Source of the DNA: Candidatus Sungiibacteriota bacterium
Lineage (GTDB): Bacteria > Patescibacteriota > Minisyncoccia > Sungbacterales > JACQCQ01
Direction: 5' to 3'
Length of the DNA stretch: 62,290 nucleotides
Assembly (NCBI GenBank): GCA_016201505.1
Contig: JACQCQ010000006.1
Coordinates: 1-62,290, forward strand
Shown piece by piece: positions 34,430 to 44,087 of this stretch. The notes under the pieces were generated by a model. It was not told the DNA's origin, made no database searches, and saw only the letters and a program-made list of their open reading frames with translations. The number at the start of each line of letters is the position of its first letter. The stretch's first letter is position 1. The position numbers were made by a program, and so were the translations under genes.

Positions 34430-36238
34430 TTAACTTGCAGCCAGTTCGGCTTTCGCCTGCTTGATTAATAGTAACTGCTTGGGGTCGGAGGTGATGACCT
34501 GGTCTTCCGTGTAGGAGGCGATAATTTTAATGGCGACGTGCTTAAGTCCCGCAAAGAAAATCCCCTCCCCGACGTCGGACTCAAGCAACAGAAATTTTTC
34601 CTCTTCCGTCAGGTTAAAGGTCTGGGCGACGGCCTCAATCGTGGCGGGAGATTGCTTGAGTAACAGCTGGATCGAGGAGTTCGTCACGATCGGCTTCCCG
34701 TAGGGAGAGCCCATGAAGTCCGCCACATCCTGCGTGATGGTCGAAAGACCCAGATAATATTTGCGGCCGCGTTTGGCAATGCCGTATAGAAACGAGGCGC
34801 CGTCCTCATGCCGCATCAAGACCCAGGCCTCATCCACCACCAGGAGCCGCTTTTTCAACTCGGCCCTGACCAGGTTCCATATATAATGAAGCACGATATA
34901 CATCGCGACCGGCCGCAGTTCTTCTTCCATGTCGCGGACCGAGAAGACCACCATCTTGGAGTTAATATCAATGTTTGTCGGCTGGTTTAAGAATCCGGCC
35001 CAGGTGCCCTCGGTGTATTTTTTGAGCCGGGTGGCCAGCCCCGCGCCGCCCTCGGTATTGGCGAGCACCAAGGCCAGATCAGACAGCGTGGGAAAATTGG
35101 CTTTTGAGAAATCGGAGTTGGGCGTAATGTCGCGCGAGGCGTAAGTTTCGGTAATAGCGCGGTCAAGCACCGAATCTTCATCGGGCGTTAGGCCGCCCAA
35201 CATAATGCGAAAGAGTCCGACCAAGTTGATGATGTTCGATCTTAAAATATCCGAGGGCGACTCATCTTCGCGCGGCGGCGGCAGGTCAAAGGGATTAATG
35301 TGATGGGGCGAATTTAGTGAAATGTTAAAATATCGTCCGCCGACCGTTTCAGCAAGATACTCATACTCGCGTTCAGGATCAATCACCACCACATCCGTTC
35401 CGATCATGAGCGAACGCAGGATCTCAAGCTTTGAAGCGTAGGATTTGCCGCTGCCGGACTGGGCAAACATAACCGAGTTGCCGTTTGGCATTGAGAAGCG
35501 GTCGAAAATGATCAGCGAGTTGTTGTGGCGGTTAACGCCATACATGATGCCGCGCGACGAGGTCAGGTCGAATGAGACAAAGGGGAAGGTCGAAGAGATT
35601 GGTGCCGAATTCATGTAGCTATGAATGAGGAGCTCGTCATTGTTTAAGGGCAAGGTTGATTGGAAGCCTTCTTCCTGCTGGAAGAGTGCCGGCTTCAGGT
35701 AGACGAGTTTGGCTTCCAGCGCAGACTTAATTTGCGTTTCCAATTTATTTAACTCGGTTTCCGAGTCGCCGTAGATTGTAATGTAGAGGGCGAAGTTAAA
35801 TAATTTTTCGGTGGCTTGCTGGAGCTTGTCTCTTAATTCTTCCAGATCGCGGTAGGCGGTATCGAGCACCGGATCGCGCACCAAACCCTTTTCTTCTCTG
35901 GTGGCGAGCTGGGATTGGACTTGGGCCACTTTCTTGCGTAGCTGGTTTAAGACGTTCGATGTATCCACGGGGTGGACAAACATGGAAATGTCGAAGACCT
36001 TATCGAGATTGATGATCGGCGTAAACCAGTTGGTGTGCAGATACCGCGGGTAGGAAAAGGCAAAAAGAGTTCGGACCAGTTTTTCACCAAGTTGCAACGA
36101 AGATGGATTGACTTGCAAAGCCGAGGGCGAGATGATATCGCGCAATGATAATTCGGCCGTGCGGTAAATATCCTCGGGGAAAACGGCCAGTATTTCATCA
36201 GCCTCATTCTTTTTAGATTTTAGAAAATCAAACGCCAT
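34430..36238 (-). CDS. VirB4/TrsE-type type IV secretion ATPase, C-terminal about 600 residues (lacks the usual N-terminal domain)
   Basis: Walker A FAQSGSGKSYASK and Walker B RLLVVDEAWVLM. The segment ISPSALQVNPSSLQLGEKLVRTLFAFSYPRYL...DISMFVHPVD matches the mid-region of Gram-positive VirB4 proteins such as Tn916 Orf16 (from memory). Confidence 0.9.
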   Translation of the reverse strand: MAFDFLKSKKNEADEILAVFPEDIYRTAELSLRDIISPSALQVNPSSLQLGEKLVRTLFAFSYPRYLHTNWFTPIINLDKVFDISMFVHPVDTSNVLNQLRKKVAQVQSQLATREEKGLVRDPVLDTAYRDLEELRDKLQQATEKLFNFALYITIYGDSETELNKLETQIKSALEAKLVYLKPALFQQEEGFQSTLPLNNDELLIHSYMNSAPISSTFPFVSFDLTSSRGIMYGVNRHNNSLIIFDRFSMPNGNSVMFAQSGSGKSYASKLEILRSLMIGTDVVVIDPEREYEYLAETVGGRYFNISLNSPHHINPFDLPPPREDESPSDILRSNIINLVGLFRIMLGGLTPDEDSVLDRAITETYASRDITPNSDFSKANFPTLSDLALVLANTEGGAGLATRLKKYTEGTWAGFLNQPTNIDINSKMVVFSVRDMEEELRPVAMYIVLHYIWNLVRAELKKRLLVVDEAWVLMRHEDGASFLYGIAKRGRKYYLGLSTITQDVADFMGSPYGKPIVTNSSIQLLLKQSPATIEAVAQTFNLTEEEKFLLLESDVGEGIFFAGLKHVAIKIIASYTEDQVITSDPKQLLLIKQAKAELAAS

Positions 36239-36247
36239 CCCAGTCTA

Positions 36248-36562
36248 TCAACTTTCAGAGACGCCAAGCGCCGTTTTTCGGCGTGTGTACTCTTTTAGTC
36301 TTAATCCTAAAAATCTGCGACCTTGTGTGCCTTTGAGGTAATGCTCTCGGCGCTTGGCGTCGTCTTGATTTAAACAGGCTGCGTAATAAACAAGCTCGAA
36401 TGGCAATCGAAACTTGGTCGCAACAGAATAACCTCGTTTGTGTTCTTCTACTCGTTTTCGAAGATTAGGCGTATAACCAATATATCTTTTTTTATCTTTC
36501 ATACTTTCTAGTGCATATGTATAGGAGAACACACTGGAAGTTGTATTACTGGGCATAATCAT
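36248..36562 (-). CDS. stand-alone GIY-YIG nuclease-domain protein lying between the two VirB4 pieces
   Basis: 104 aa. FSYTYALESMKDKKRYIGYTPNLRKRVEEHKRG carries the GIY...YIG...R...E motifs. Its start overlaps the upstream stop (ATGA), and its stop is 9 nt from the VirB4 ATPase ATG. Confidence 0.85.
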   Translation of the reverse strand: MIMPSNTTSSVFSYTYALESMKDKKRYIGYTPNLRKRVEEHKRGYSVATKFRLPFELVYYAACLNQDDAKRREHYLKGTQGRRFLGLRLKEYTRRKTALGVSES

Positions 36563-37236
36563 ATGGTTTCCTCACTGGTTGGTTTCTCTTTTTCCAACTC
36601 CTGCATATTGTACAAACTGTAGAAAAGCTCAATTAGTTCATCCGTTTTTAAAACGGCGCTGCGTACTCCGATGCGCTGGAGGCCGAGTTGCACAGAGTCG
36701 ACTCTCTGCAGAAGCTGGATTTTATTTTGCGCGAACTCGTCGTCGCTTTTCGTTTTGGCGGATTGGTTTTTGGAAAACAGAGAAGAAAGAAAATGCGCCG
36801 CTCCGGCCGGATTTAGGTTTATCGGCTCAAAGGGAACGACAATATAGAAAGATTTCGCCACGATATTCGACAGTTCAACGAACCCGCGCACGAACTCGAT
36901 GTATTCTGCGGTCTGGAGTTTTAATAAGTCATTGTCTTGCGCTTTTTCAAATTCGCGGAGGGATGAAAGGTAGGGCTCGATGTTCAATTTGCGGGATTGA
37001 ATCACGAACTGAAGCGAAAAATCAACCGAATTCAAAAAGTTCTGGTACTGGAAAATAATCGCATCCTGTTCCTCGGGAGATTTCAGCGCAAAGTTAAAAG
37101 CCGAGGCCATCAGGACCATACACAGGCGGCCGTTTTTCATCACAATCAGACCATCGCGGATTGAATCAATCACCAAAAAGTCCTGCGAGGCGCGGGCTGA
37201 TTTTGATTTTTTCGATTCTTGAGGGGCGGTAACCAC
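36559..37236 (-). CDS. VirB4 N-terminal domain encoded as a separate 225-aa protein
   Basis: DFLVIDSIRDGLIVMKNGRLCMVLMASAFNFALKSPEEQDAIIFQYQNFLNSVDFSLQFVIQSR matches the N-terminal module of Gram-positive VirB4/TrsE proteins (D-I-x-Y...E-D/E...F...FLN...Q). 225 + 602 aa is about the length of a full VirB4. Confidence 0.65.
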   Translation of the reverse strand: MVTAPQESKKSKSARASQDFLVIDSIRDGLIVMKNGRLCMVLMASAFNFALKSPEEQDAIIFQYQNFLNSVDFSLQFVIQSRKLNIEPYLSSLREFEKAQDNDLLKLQTAEYIEFVRGFVELSNIVAKSFYIVVPFEPINLNPAGAAHFLSSLFSKNQSAKTKSDDEFAQNKIQLLQRVDSVQLGLQRIGVRSAVLKTDELIELFYSLYNMQELEKEKPTSEETI

Positions 37237-37256
37237 GAATGTTTACAAGAATTGTA

Positions 37257-37658
37257 TTATTCCAGGTTCTCTTTTATATCCAGGCTCCAAGCCAAATCCT
37301 GCAACTTGGATTCGGTTAACTTGGGGATTTTAGAGAGCGGAGTTTTAGGCGTTGCGGTCGGCCCTTCTTTTTTCGCCGGCTGCTGCTTCCAGAGGTATAG
37401 ATGCGGGTGGGTGTAGAAGCCGATGGCGTTCATGACCACTTTCGGAAATGGCACGTTGTTTAATTTAAAAAAGGCCAGAGCCAATGAAAACAAGCCGATG
37501 GGAACAGCCAGCACGATAAAAATATAAAAATTGAAAAGATAGTAAAAAATAACTAAGAGACCGGCTCCCACGGCTAGGTACATAAATTGTTTCAGCGTCA
37601 GCGGGCCGATAATTTTATCCTCGATGTCGATAAATTGCGGGACTTGGTATTGTCTCAT
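37257..37658 (-). CDS. PrgI-family (VirB3-like) type IV secretion membrane protein
   Basis: MRQYQVPQFIDIEDKIIGPLTLKQFMYLAVGAGLLVIFYYL is the characteristic PrgI-family N-terminus, followed by two TM helices. Confidence 0.85.
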   Translation of the reverse strand: MRQYQVPQFIDIEDKIIGPLTLKQFMYLAVGAGLLVIFYYLFNFYIFIVLAVPIGLFSLALAFFKLNNVPFPKVVMNAIGFYTHPHLYLWKQQPAKKEGPTATPKTPLSKIPKLTESKLQDLAWSLDIKENLE

Positions 37659-37662
37659 GATT

Positions 37663-38119
37663 AGGAAATAGGCATTGGGTAATGGGGAATGGATAGGTAT
37701 GTCATAGACGATTGAGACTTGTTATTAAAGCATTCAGCATTTTCATTATGGAAGTTCTGCTCTGCGAGAACCTGTCAAAATTGGATGTATTCAATAGGCC
37801 AACGTTTTTGCTTACCAGCAATTGAGTTTCTAATTCTGCAGCTGAACCTCGAGCAATCCTTAAAAATTGATTGTACTCCTTAATATTTTTACGTGACCAT
37901 CCTTCAGCAATATTAGAAGCAATTGAAATCGCCGCCCGTCTAATTTGGCTCGTCAACCCATACACTTCAGATTTTGGATATAATTCTGTCATACGATATG
38001 TTTCAGTGGTCAGCTCAATTGACTTTTGCCACACCAGTAATTCTCGATACGAATTCATGTTCCATTCGCTGTTCCCCGTTTACCGTCCCTCATTTCCCAT
38101 TCGCTATCCCCCATTTCCT
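37663..38119. mobile_element. four-helix-bundle gene cassette bounded by imperfect inverted GGGAAT/AGGAAAT-word arms (IVS-like insertion)
   Basis: The left arm AGGAAATAGGCATTGGGTAATGGGGAATGGATAGG (37663-37697) pairs with the right arm whose reverse complement is AGGAAATGGGGGATAGCGAATGGGAAATGAGGG... (ending at 38119). The outer 7 nt are perfectly complementary. The first 12 nt are identical to the hairpin at 48681. Confidence 0.6.
37702..38058 (-). CDS. four-helix-bundle protein (23S rRNA intervening-sequence protein / Avd-like family)
   Basis: YRELLVWQKSIELTTETYRMTELYPKSEVYGLTSQIRRAAISIASNIAEGWSR...RIARGSAAELETQLLVS is the canonical TIGR02436-type sequence. Confidence 0.9.
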   Translation of the reverse strand: MNSYRELLVWQKSIELTTETYRMTELYPKSEVYGLTSQIRRAAISIASNIAEGWSRKNIKEYNQFLRIARGSAAELETQLLVSKNVGLLNTSNFDRFSQSRTSIMKMLNALITSLNRL

Positions 38120-39032
38120 AGCCGACTGGTTCACGGTATGGATCGGACGCCTCGTAGGTTTGGGTTTTTGGCGCCGGAGACGTTGCCGGCTTTACAAGCG
38201 GCGGCAGTTTTTCGGGTGCGGGCGGCGGAGGCACAATAATTTTTGGCGTTTGAGGTTCGGTTACTGGTTCTGGTTTTTTAATTTCGGGACTAGGTGCGGG
38301 CACTGGGGTGTGCATGATACCAGACTCCTGCGGCATGGTTTTTATGACCGGAACGGGAGCCGGTTTTGGTTGTAGGCTCGGCATCTCTGGTGTCTCTCGT
38401 GCAGGAGGCGCCGGGGGTTTTGCAATATCCGGCAATTTTTCCGGCAGAATTTCTTTTAAGATGATTGGCGCTTCGGATTTTGGTTCCGTTTGAATCGGCT
38501 TTGGCGTAAATGTCGGCCTTGGCACTGGAGTTTCAAGCGTCATTTGGGGTGCCGCTGTTTTAATTTCCGCTATGGGCGCCGGCGCGTTCGGCGTTTTTAT
38601 TGGAATAGGCACTACCCCCGGACTTTTTGTTTCTTTGGCCATTTGGGTTTCCCGTTTTAATTCCGCCAGCGATGCGGGTTTCTCTTCTGGAATGAGAGGA
38701 CTATTCATTTCTACTTTATGAAGTGTTTTTAAACTTTCGCGGATTGGCGAGAAGAGTTGATGATTTACGTCCTCGGCGATCAAAATGGCTTTATCTCGGG
38801 AAACGCCAAGCGAAGACTTGATGTTGTCAATAAATTCCCGCGCGGGAGACGCGCCGACGAGCACGAGACCGATTTCGTAGCTTAAGTCCCCCACGATATC
38901 AATCGGCAAGGCGTATTTCTTACCGATACTCATGATAATTTGCGAAGTCTCTTGCGCTTCGTAGATTCTCGCGATATCGATCGGGAGAGTTTTATATAGT
39001 TCGATCAGCTGTTCTTTCGATATTTTTCTCAT
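38118..39032 (-). CDS. protein with a helical N-terminal domain and a long Pro-rich tail
   Basis: 304 aa. The N-terminal roughly 105 residues look ordered and the remainder is P/A/E/K/T-rich (PAPIAEIKTAAPQ..., PPPPAPEKLPPLVKP). Its start overlaps the upstream stop by 4 nt. Confidence 0.65.
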   Translation of the reverse strand: MRKISKEQLIELYKTLPIDIARIYEAQETSQIIMSIGKKYALPIDIVGDLSYEIGLVLVGASPAREFIDNIKSSLGVSRDKAILIAEDVNHQLFSPIRESLKTLHKVEMNSPLIPEEKPASLAELKRETQMAKETKSPGVVPIPIKTPNAPAPIAEIKTAAPQMTLETPVPRPTFTPKPIQTEPKSEAPIILKEILPEKLPDIAKPPAPPARETPEMPSLQPKPAPVPVIKTMPQESGIMHTPVPAPSPEIKKPEPVTEPQTPKIIVPPPPAPEKLPPLVKPATSPAPKTQTYEASDPYREPVG

Positions 39033-41641
39033 GGTTGTGTTTGTTGCTGCTGCGGTCCGGTCGCTGGCGGAGGTGGGACTTCGGCTGCGGCAGCCGCCGT
39101 CTCGCCGGCCTTATTCGATAATGGTATTTCATTTCGGACAGAAGTTTGTGCGTCCGGATTTGAAGTGAGAGTTTGGGCCATACCTTGGAATCGAGGGATA
39201 CTTCTAAGTTTTCTTACTGCATACCGCATATTAGTACCCCTTGTGCTGTCGTAAGCATCAAGGATTTTATCAGACTGCTCCCTATCCCATTGCTGGTAGC
39301 GCGCAGTTTTCTCGCCCGGGTCAGTGATAGCATCAAACGAAGGAATTATATAACCCGAAACCATGCGTTTCTGCCCCAGCCATCGATTCATCTCTTGACG
39401 TTGCTGGTTTTTATCATCAGGGAATATGCTCGTGATGCGTTCGAGTGTTTCTCGGAGATCTCGATCACTGCCCGTCGTAAGCGTCACGTTGGTCTCGGGG
39501 TGCTGGATAGTAACCTTATTGAAGTGCTCATCAGCCCCGTCATTTAGATTGGCGTCTAAACCAAGGCCAGCTCCCTGTTTAATGATTTTGCCAAGCTCTT
39601 TTACTCTAAACAGATCGCTGAATATATTCCGCATCGTATTAATGTTGGTCAGCGCCAGAGGCAGAGCCGCACGGAAGACTCCGTTCTTTTCGAAGGTTTC
39701 AGCGCTGATTTTTCTTTGATCGTCTGCCGACATGGAGGCAATCGTCTGCGCCATGCCGCGCATCATGGCTTCGGCTCTCTCCCGCTCATCAGGCTTGCCG
39801 CTCTTAAGAAGCGCCTCGAACTGATTCTCGGGCATATCCCTAATGTTTTCATTGCCCGTCAGAACGCGGGCTTTCTTGCTTAGATCAGATCCGATCGCCT
39901 CCAGCACCTTGCTTTGGTTCTTGGGACTCAATTGCTCAAAGCCTGTTTGATCTCGAATGTCTGCTGACTCTTTGTCTGCAAAAGTATTGCGCAGTTGAAC
40001 AGGCTTGGCATCTTCAATAAACTTCTCCTTTACATTTTTAGCCGCTGATTCAAAGAGCCCGGAGGCTACTCCTGTTTTAATAAACCTTCCGCTGGAATCC
40101 GCAGCCGCTTGCAGAGCAGCAACGCGCGCCTTCTCTCGGTCATCACGCAGTTTTTTGTCTCGTTGCGTAACTGTCAGTAACGGCGCGGCCGCTAATCTGC
40201 CAAGACCCGGGAAAGCTGAAAGTCCTGTCGCTGATTGCACACGAAGCCCAAGTCTTGCGAGCGGAGCGGCTCCCCAACGCACTCCCGCATTCTGCAACTT
40301 CGTCTGGCCCCAATTGCGCAATTGCTTACCGTACTTCATGACACTGCTTGATCCGGCAATGCCCATCTTTTGCGCCACAATTATGGAAATAAATAGGAAG
40401 CTCACGCTAAGGATGAATTGTAGCCAGATGCTGAGGGGTTGGGCTACGGGTTGTCCATTAATATTTGCGAGTGGAGGCGGGATAGCATTTATCAAGGAGC
40501 GCGATACGAGAATTGAAAACATGAAAAACAAGGCAAACGCGGGGTAGTATAGGGAATATTTTATGAGGTTGTCTCTCCAGGGATTCCACATTTGGCCTTG
40601 TGTATAAGGAATCAGTGTTGAGAGAAAGGCCAGCGGACTGACCATCATGAGAAAAGCCAATACCGTAATTCGAACAATCAGAAAAATGGTGGCAGCAAGT
40701 AAGGCAAACAGGCCAACTGGATAAAAGATAAGTTTTAGAGCCAAAGCTTTGCCCACCAGCGAGAGCGTATCATTGTTCTCGCTTATCTGGTTGTTTACGG
40801 TGAGGAGTGCGGCACTAGCGCTATCGCACTTATCGCTATTTTCTTTGGTATAATTCAGAAAGACTGCTTTACACGCTTCAAACCTATCCGCTTCGGCTTT
40901 TTTAAGGCCCTCATTTCCCGCATAAGCCGCTGGTGGTGTTAGGGCAGCATTAACGGGCAGTGTGGGATCAAGCATCGTACGAATGACATCCCCCATCGAT
41001 TGATCTTTTTGCTGGATACGGCCAATAAAGAGATCGCCCAGCGCGTTCGTCACCTGCACGGTAAATTGAACAATGGGAAAGCTGAAGTTGATAATTAAAG
41101 CAATCAGAACTACTTTCCCAATCATTTCTTTTTTGAATGTGCCGACATCAAAAATAGTGCCGAGCGCCATCACGATCAGGATGATGATGAAAAATAAATT
41201 CGCAACATCGCGCGAAATTTGCCAGCCGGCTTGAATTGCGGGAGTGGCTGATAGATTGGCCCGTGTTTCATCAAGAGCCATGCTGAAGAGGTAACTGGCT
41301 ATGCCATAGACGAGATAGGCTAAGCCGTCGAGAGTCTTGATACCCGCCAAGATAAAACCGCAGGCATACAATTTCCAGCTCAAGACGTTGTATCCGCAGC
41401 CCAAGTTGGGTGAGACCGTTGGTGTTGTGGCCGGGCTGCCTCCAGTCAGATTAGTTTTCTGCAAATCACTCTGTTGCGCTTGTGCCGCGGGACTTGACGT
41501 TTTTTCATACTCGAATTGGCCAAGGTCTGGCGGAGAAGCCGGGTTTGCATTTTGTGCCAAACTGATGGCCGGCATCAAAAGGCCTAGGCTGATAGAGGCG
41601 AGTAAGAAAGTATTGAGAATTGTTTTCAGGATTTTGCTCAT
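39029..41641 (-). CDS. large polytopic membrane protein; possible VirB6/TrbL functional analogue
   Basis: 870 aa. Signal peptide, at least 7 hydrophobic segments in residues about 90-470, then a soluble roughly 400-aa C-terminal domain ending in QQQQTQP. The assignment rests on topology and operon context only. Confidence 0.4.
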   Translation of the reverse strand: MSKILKTILNTFLLASISLGLLMPAISLAQNANPASPPDLGQFEYEKTSSPAAQAQQSDLQKTNLTGGSPATTPTVSPNLGCGYNVLSWKLYACGFILAGIKTLDGLAYLVYGIASYLFSMALDETRANLSATPAIQAGWQISRDVANLFFIIILIVMALGTIFDVGTFKKEMIGKVVLIALIINFSFPIVQFTVQVTNALGDLFIGRIQQKDQSMGDVIRTMLDPTLPVNAALTPPAAYAGNEGLKKAEADRFEACKAVFLNYTKENSDKCDSASAALLTVNNQISENNDTLSLVGKALALKLIFYPVGLFALLAATIFLIVRITVLAFLMMVSPLAFLSTLIPYTQGQMWNPWRDNLIKYSLYYPAFALFFMFSILVSRSLINAIPPPLANINGQPVAQPLSIWLQFILSVSFLFISIIVAQKMGIAGSSSVMKYGKQLRNWGQTKLQNAGVRWGAAPLARLGLRVQSATGLSAFPGLGRLAAAPLLTVTQRDKKLRDDREKARVAALQAAADSSGRFIKTGVASGLFESAAKNVKEKFIEDAKPVQLRNTFADKESADIRDQTGFEQLSPKNQSKVLEAIGSDLSKKARVLTGNENIRDMPENQFEALLKSGKPDERERAEAMMRGMAQTIASMSADDQRKISAETFEKNGVFRAALPLALTNINTMRNIFSDLFRVKELGKIIKQGAGLGLDANLNDGADEHFNKVTIQHPETNVTLTTGSDRDLRETLERITSIFPDDKNQQRQEMNRWLGQKRMVSGYIIPSFDAITDPGEKTARYQQWDREQSDKILDAYDSTRGTNMRYAVRKLRSIPRFQGMAQTLTSNPDAQTSVRNEIPLSNKAGETAAAAAEVPPPPATGPQQQQTQP

Positions 41642-43107
41642 CGCTGGAAAATATTACCCAGTCCCTTATTGATCATCTGGCCGACGGCGGTGTTGACAAT
41701 GCTCGCAATCGCTTGGCCGATTTCATTGACCAAATCACGTTGGCGGTCATTTGATTGAATCAAAGATTTCAGCGGTTCGGCTACGATCGAGCCCGGCGTC
41801 ACAATAGAGCCATTGGCATTCTGCTGGCCGTAGAATCCGTTGTTGGCAATGGTTTGAGTTCTCCAGGCGTTGACCGCGGCCGTCTCATAAGCCGCTTTGG
41901 CGTCTTGTGCATTAATTACAGTCTGGACGTAATCACGATTCGGGCTTTGAGCCGCGATCCAATCAGAAATCGGGTAGTTACCGGTGTACGGCGAATAAAA
42001 TTGCGTGTATAAAGCCAGTTGCGGATTGGCTACGTTACAAGCCAGGCTTATGGAGATGTTATTGGAAAATAACGCCGGACCGACGATGGGCGGGAAGTAG
42101 TTGCAGAAATTAATGCCGGTGATTTGCGAGACAAAGATACGCGCCGCGTTTTCGGCGATTTTTTTCGGGTCGGCCGTAAAACTTTGCACGAACTGCGGCG
42201 CGCCGAAGTTGCCGGTTAAAATCCAGCGGATGACCATGTCATGCGCGAGCCGTATCACCTGACGCTCGAGGGCGGTCGCGATGCTATCGAGGCAGTATTC
42301 TTTTTTTACGAGGGCGGCCACATCTTTTTCCGTTTTGGTATTTTCTCCCAAAATCTTCGTCAATATGGTGTCTGTTTTTGCATGTGCAACGCTTTCGGAT
42401 ATGGATAGAAGTAGATCATGCACGGGGATTCCTGTTATCACACCCGCAGTGTCTACTACCTCCGTGCCGCCGTAATCGAATACTTCGTCTGCATAACTTC
42501 CAACGTTACTCGCGACTGTATCCGCCGTTTGACTTGCATCTTCCGTCATGAATTGCCCCACAGCCACTGACCCAGAAGTACCGGCGGTTTCAGTTTCCTC
42601 GACAGCTTTATTGGCAAAATCAGTGCTGGCTTTGTCAAGCGCGTCAGATGAAGCTTGGGACTGCGCGGTGTTTACTACAGAACTTTGACTAATGTCTTGC
42701 TTGATTTCGGTTTTGAATAAACCCCTCAATTGGTCTTGGGCATATTTTTTAGCCCCCTCAACGCCGCCGACTTTAGCCAGTACTGCGCTGACGCCATCTT
42801 TTACCGCGCCGCCAATAGCGCCCTGCGCGATGTTGGCAATATCACCGCCGTTGACGCAACCCGCCCCCGGGATAAATCCCTTGAGGAAACTGGTGATACC
42901 GCTGTCGACCCCGCTATCTACTACGCCGCTTGCCGGCAGATTATTATTGATTTCTTGCAGAACTTGGTCTCCCGTTCCGGGCAGTCCGCCCTGCTCTTGG
43001 GCCAAAGACACGCTGGGCACGACCAATTCAAGCCCTAACACCAGGCATAACCCAATTCCGATCAATCTATTTCTCCAAAAATGAAAATTCCGATTCATGG
43101 TTACCAC
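41638..43107 (-). CDS. secreted hypothetical protein (489 aa)
   Basis: N-terminal signal/anchor [24 protein letters not shown] and a Gly/Ala/Val-rich N-terminal part. 4-nt overlap with the next gene. Confidence 0.6.
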   Translation of the reverse strand: MVTMNRNFHFWRNRLIGIGLCLVLGLELVVPSVSLAQEQGGLPGTGDQVLQEINNNLPASGVVDSGVDSGITSFLKGFIPGAGCVNGGDIANIAQGAIGGAVKDGVSAVLAKVGGVEGAKKYAQDQLRGLFKTEIKQDISQSSVVNTAQSQASSDALDKASTDFANKAVEETETAGTSGSVAVGQFMTEDASQTADTVASNVGSYADEVFDYGGTEVVDTAGVITGIPVHDLLLSISESVAHAKTDTILTKILGENTKTEKDVAALVKKEYCLDSIATALERQVIRLAHDMVIRWILTGNFGAPQFVQSFTADPKKIAENAARIFVSQITGINFCNYFPPIVGPALFSNNISISLACNVANPQLALYTQFYSPYTGNYPISDWIAAQSPNRDYVQTVINAQDAKAAYETAAVNAWRTQTIANNGFYGQQNANGSIVTPGSIVAEPLKSLIQSNDRQRDLVNEIGQAIASIVNTAVGQMINKGLGNIFQR

Positions 43108-44087
43108 CGAAACGTCAAAATGGCTGAATCATGCGATTTAAACTTGACCCCGAGACTGTTGAGCCGCGCAGGAATGGTTGTATTAAAAAGGTCGGCTAAC
43201 TTTTTGCCGGTTACTTCGTAGTCTTGGACCGCGATGATGGCCGACATCGGATCTTTTTGGGTATTGGCGAACGTTTTGTAAATAAATTTTTCTTTGCCGA
43301 TCAGCTGCAAAATCTGCAGGTGGAGATCTTTGACAGGCGCGGGGACTGGGATGGCGGCAATGGCCTGAAACGAGGCCTCGGCCGCCGCGGCATAATAATT
43401 GAATAATCCGTAGCGCGATGCGCTGTTCGGATTGCGCGAAATCTGAAACATCAGCTGAATCGGGTCTTGTCTCACGCCGGCCGAATGTTCACGCAAAATT
43501 TCCGCCATCGAATTAAAATAGTCGCGGATGGCGTCGGGGCTTGCGTCCCCGCCGACTCGAATTTGATTGGGACTTACAGCGCCCGCGGTTTCCGAGGCGG
43601 TTTCATAATTTGATCCGAGCGATTGGATATTTTGCAGCGAGGTCTGAATATCGGGCGATGGCTGAAGCGTGTTGGCGAGTGCGCCCGAGTTGATGATGGA
43701 TTCAGCAAGCTGTGAAGTCAGACCCGCCGATCCGGCAGTCGAGTCGGGGTTTAAGTTTCCGCAACCTTTGACTGTCGGGTCACAGCCCTTTTTCACCTCA
43801 TCACCGTCAGAAACCCCGTCACCGTCGGTGTCGGGATTGTTCGGGTCCGTATGCCAGAGGGTCTCCTCCCAGTTTTTCAGCCCGTCGTGGTCTGGATCAA
43901 CGAGTAAGCCATTAGCCTCGCCGTTGCCGCCGACCGCCGCCGAGAGCCGATTTTGGATAGCCTCCCCGCGGTGCTTCAAAGCGACGTATTCGATCGCAAA
44001 AAATAAGACCAAGAGACCGGCCAGCAACAGCAAAACCACCACGAGCTTTCGCCTGTACGCCAAAATCGCATGGACGATATTCGCCAT
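43101..44087 (-). CDS. membrane-anchored protein with thrombospondin-type-3-like calcium-binding Asp repeats (first gene of the operon)
   Basis: TM anchor [17 protein letters not shown], then [35 protein letters not shown] (DxDxDG repeats). Confidence 0.6.
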   Translation of the reverse strand: MANIVHAILAYRRKLVVVLLLLAGLLVLFFAIEYVALKHRGEAIQNRLSAAVGGNGEANGLLVDPDHDGLKNWEETLWHTDPNNPDTDGDGVSDGDEVKKGCDPTVKGCGNLNPDSTAGSAGLTSQLAESIINSGALANTLQPSPDIQTSLQNIQSLGSNYETASETAGAVSPNQIRVGGDASPDAIRDYFNSMAEILREHSAGVRQDPIQLMFQISRNPNSASRYGLFNYYAAAAEASFQAIAAIPVPAPVKDLHLQILQLIGKEKFIYKTFANTQKDPMSAIIAVQDYEVTGKKLADLFNTTIPARLNSLGVKFKSHDSAILTFRW

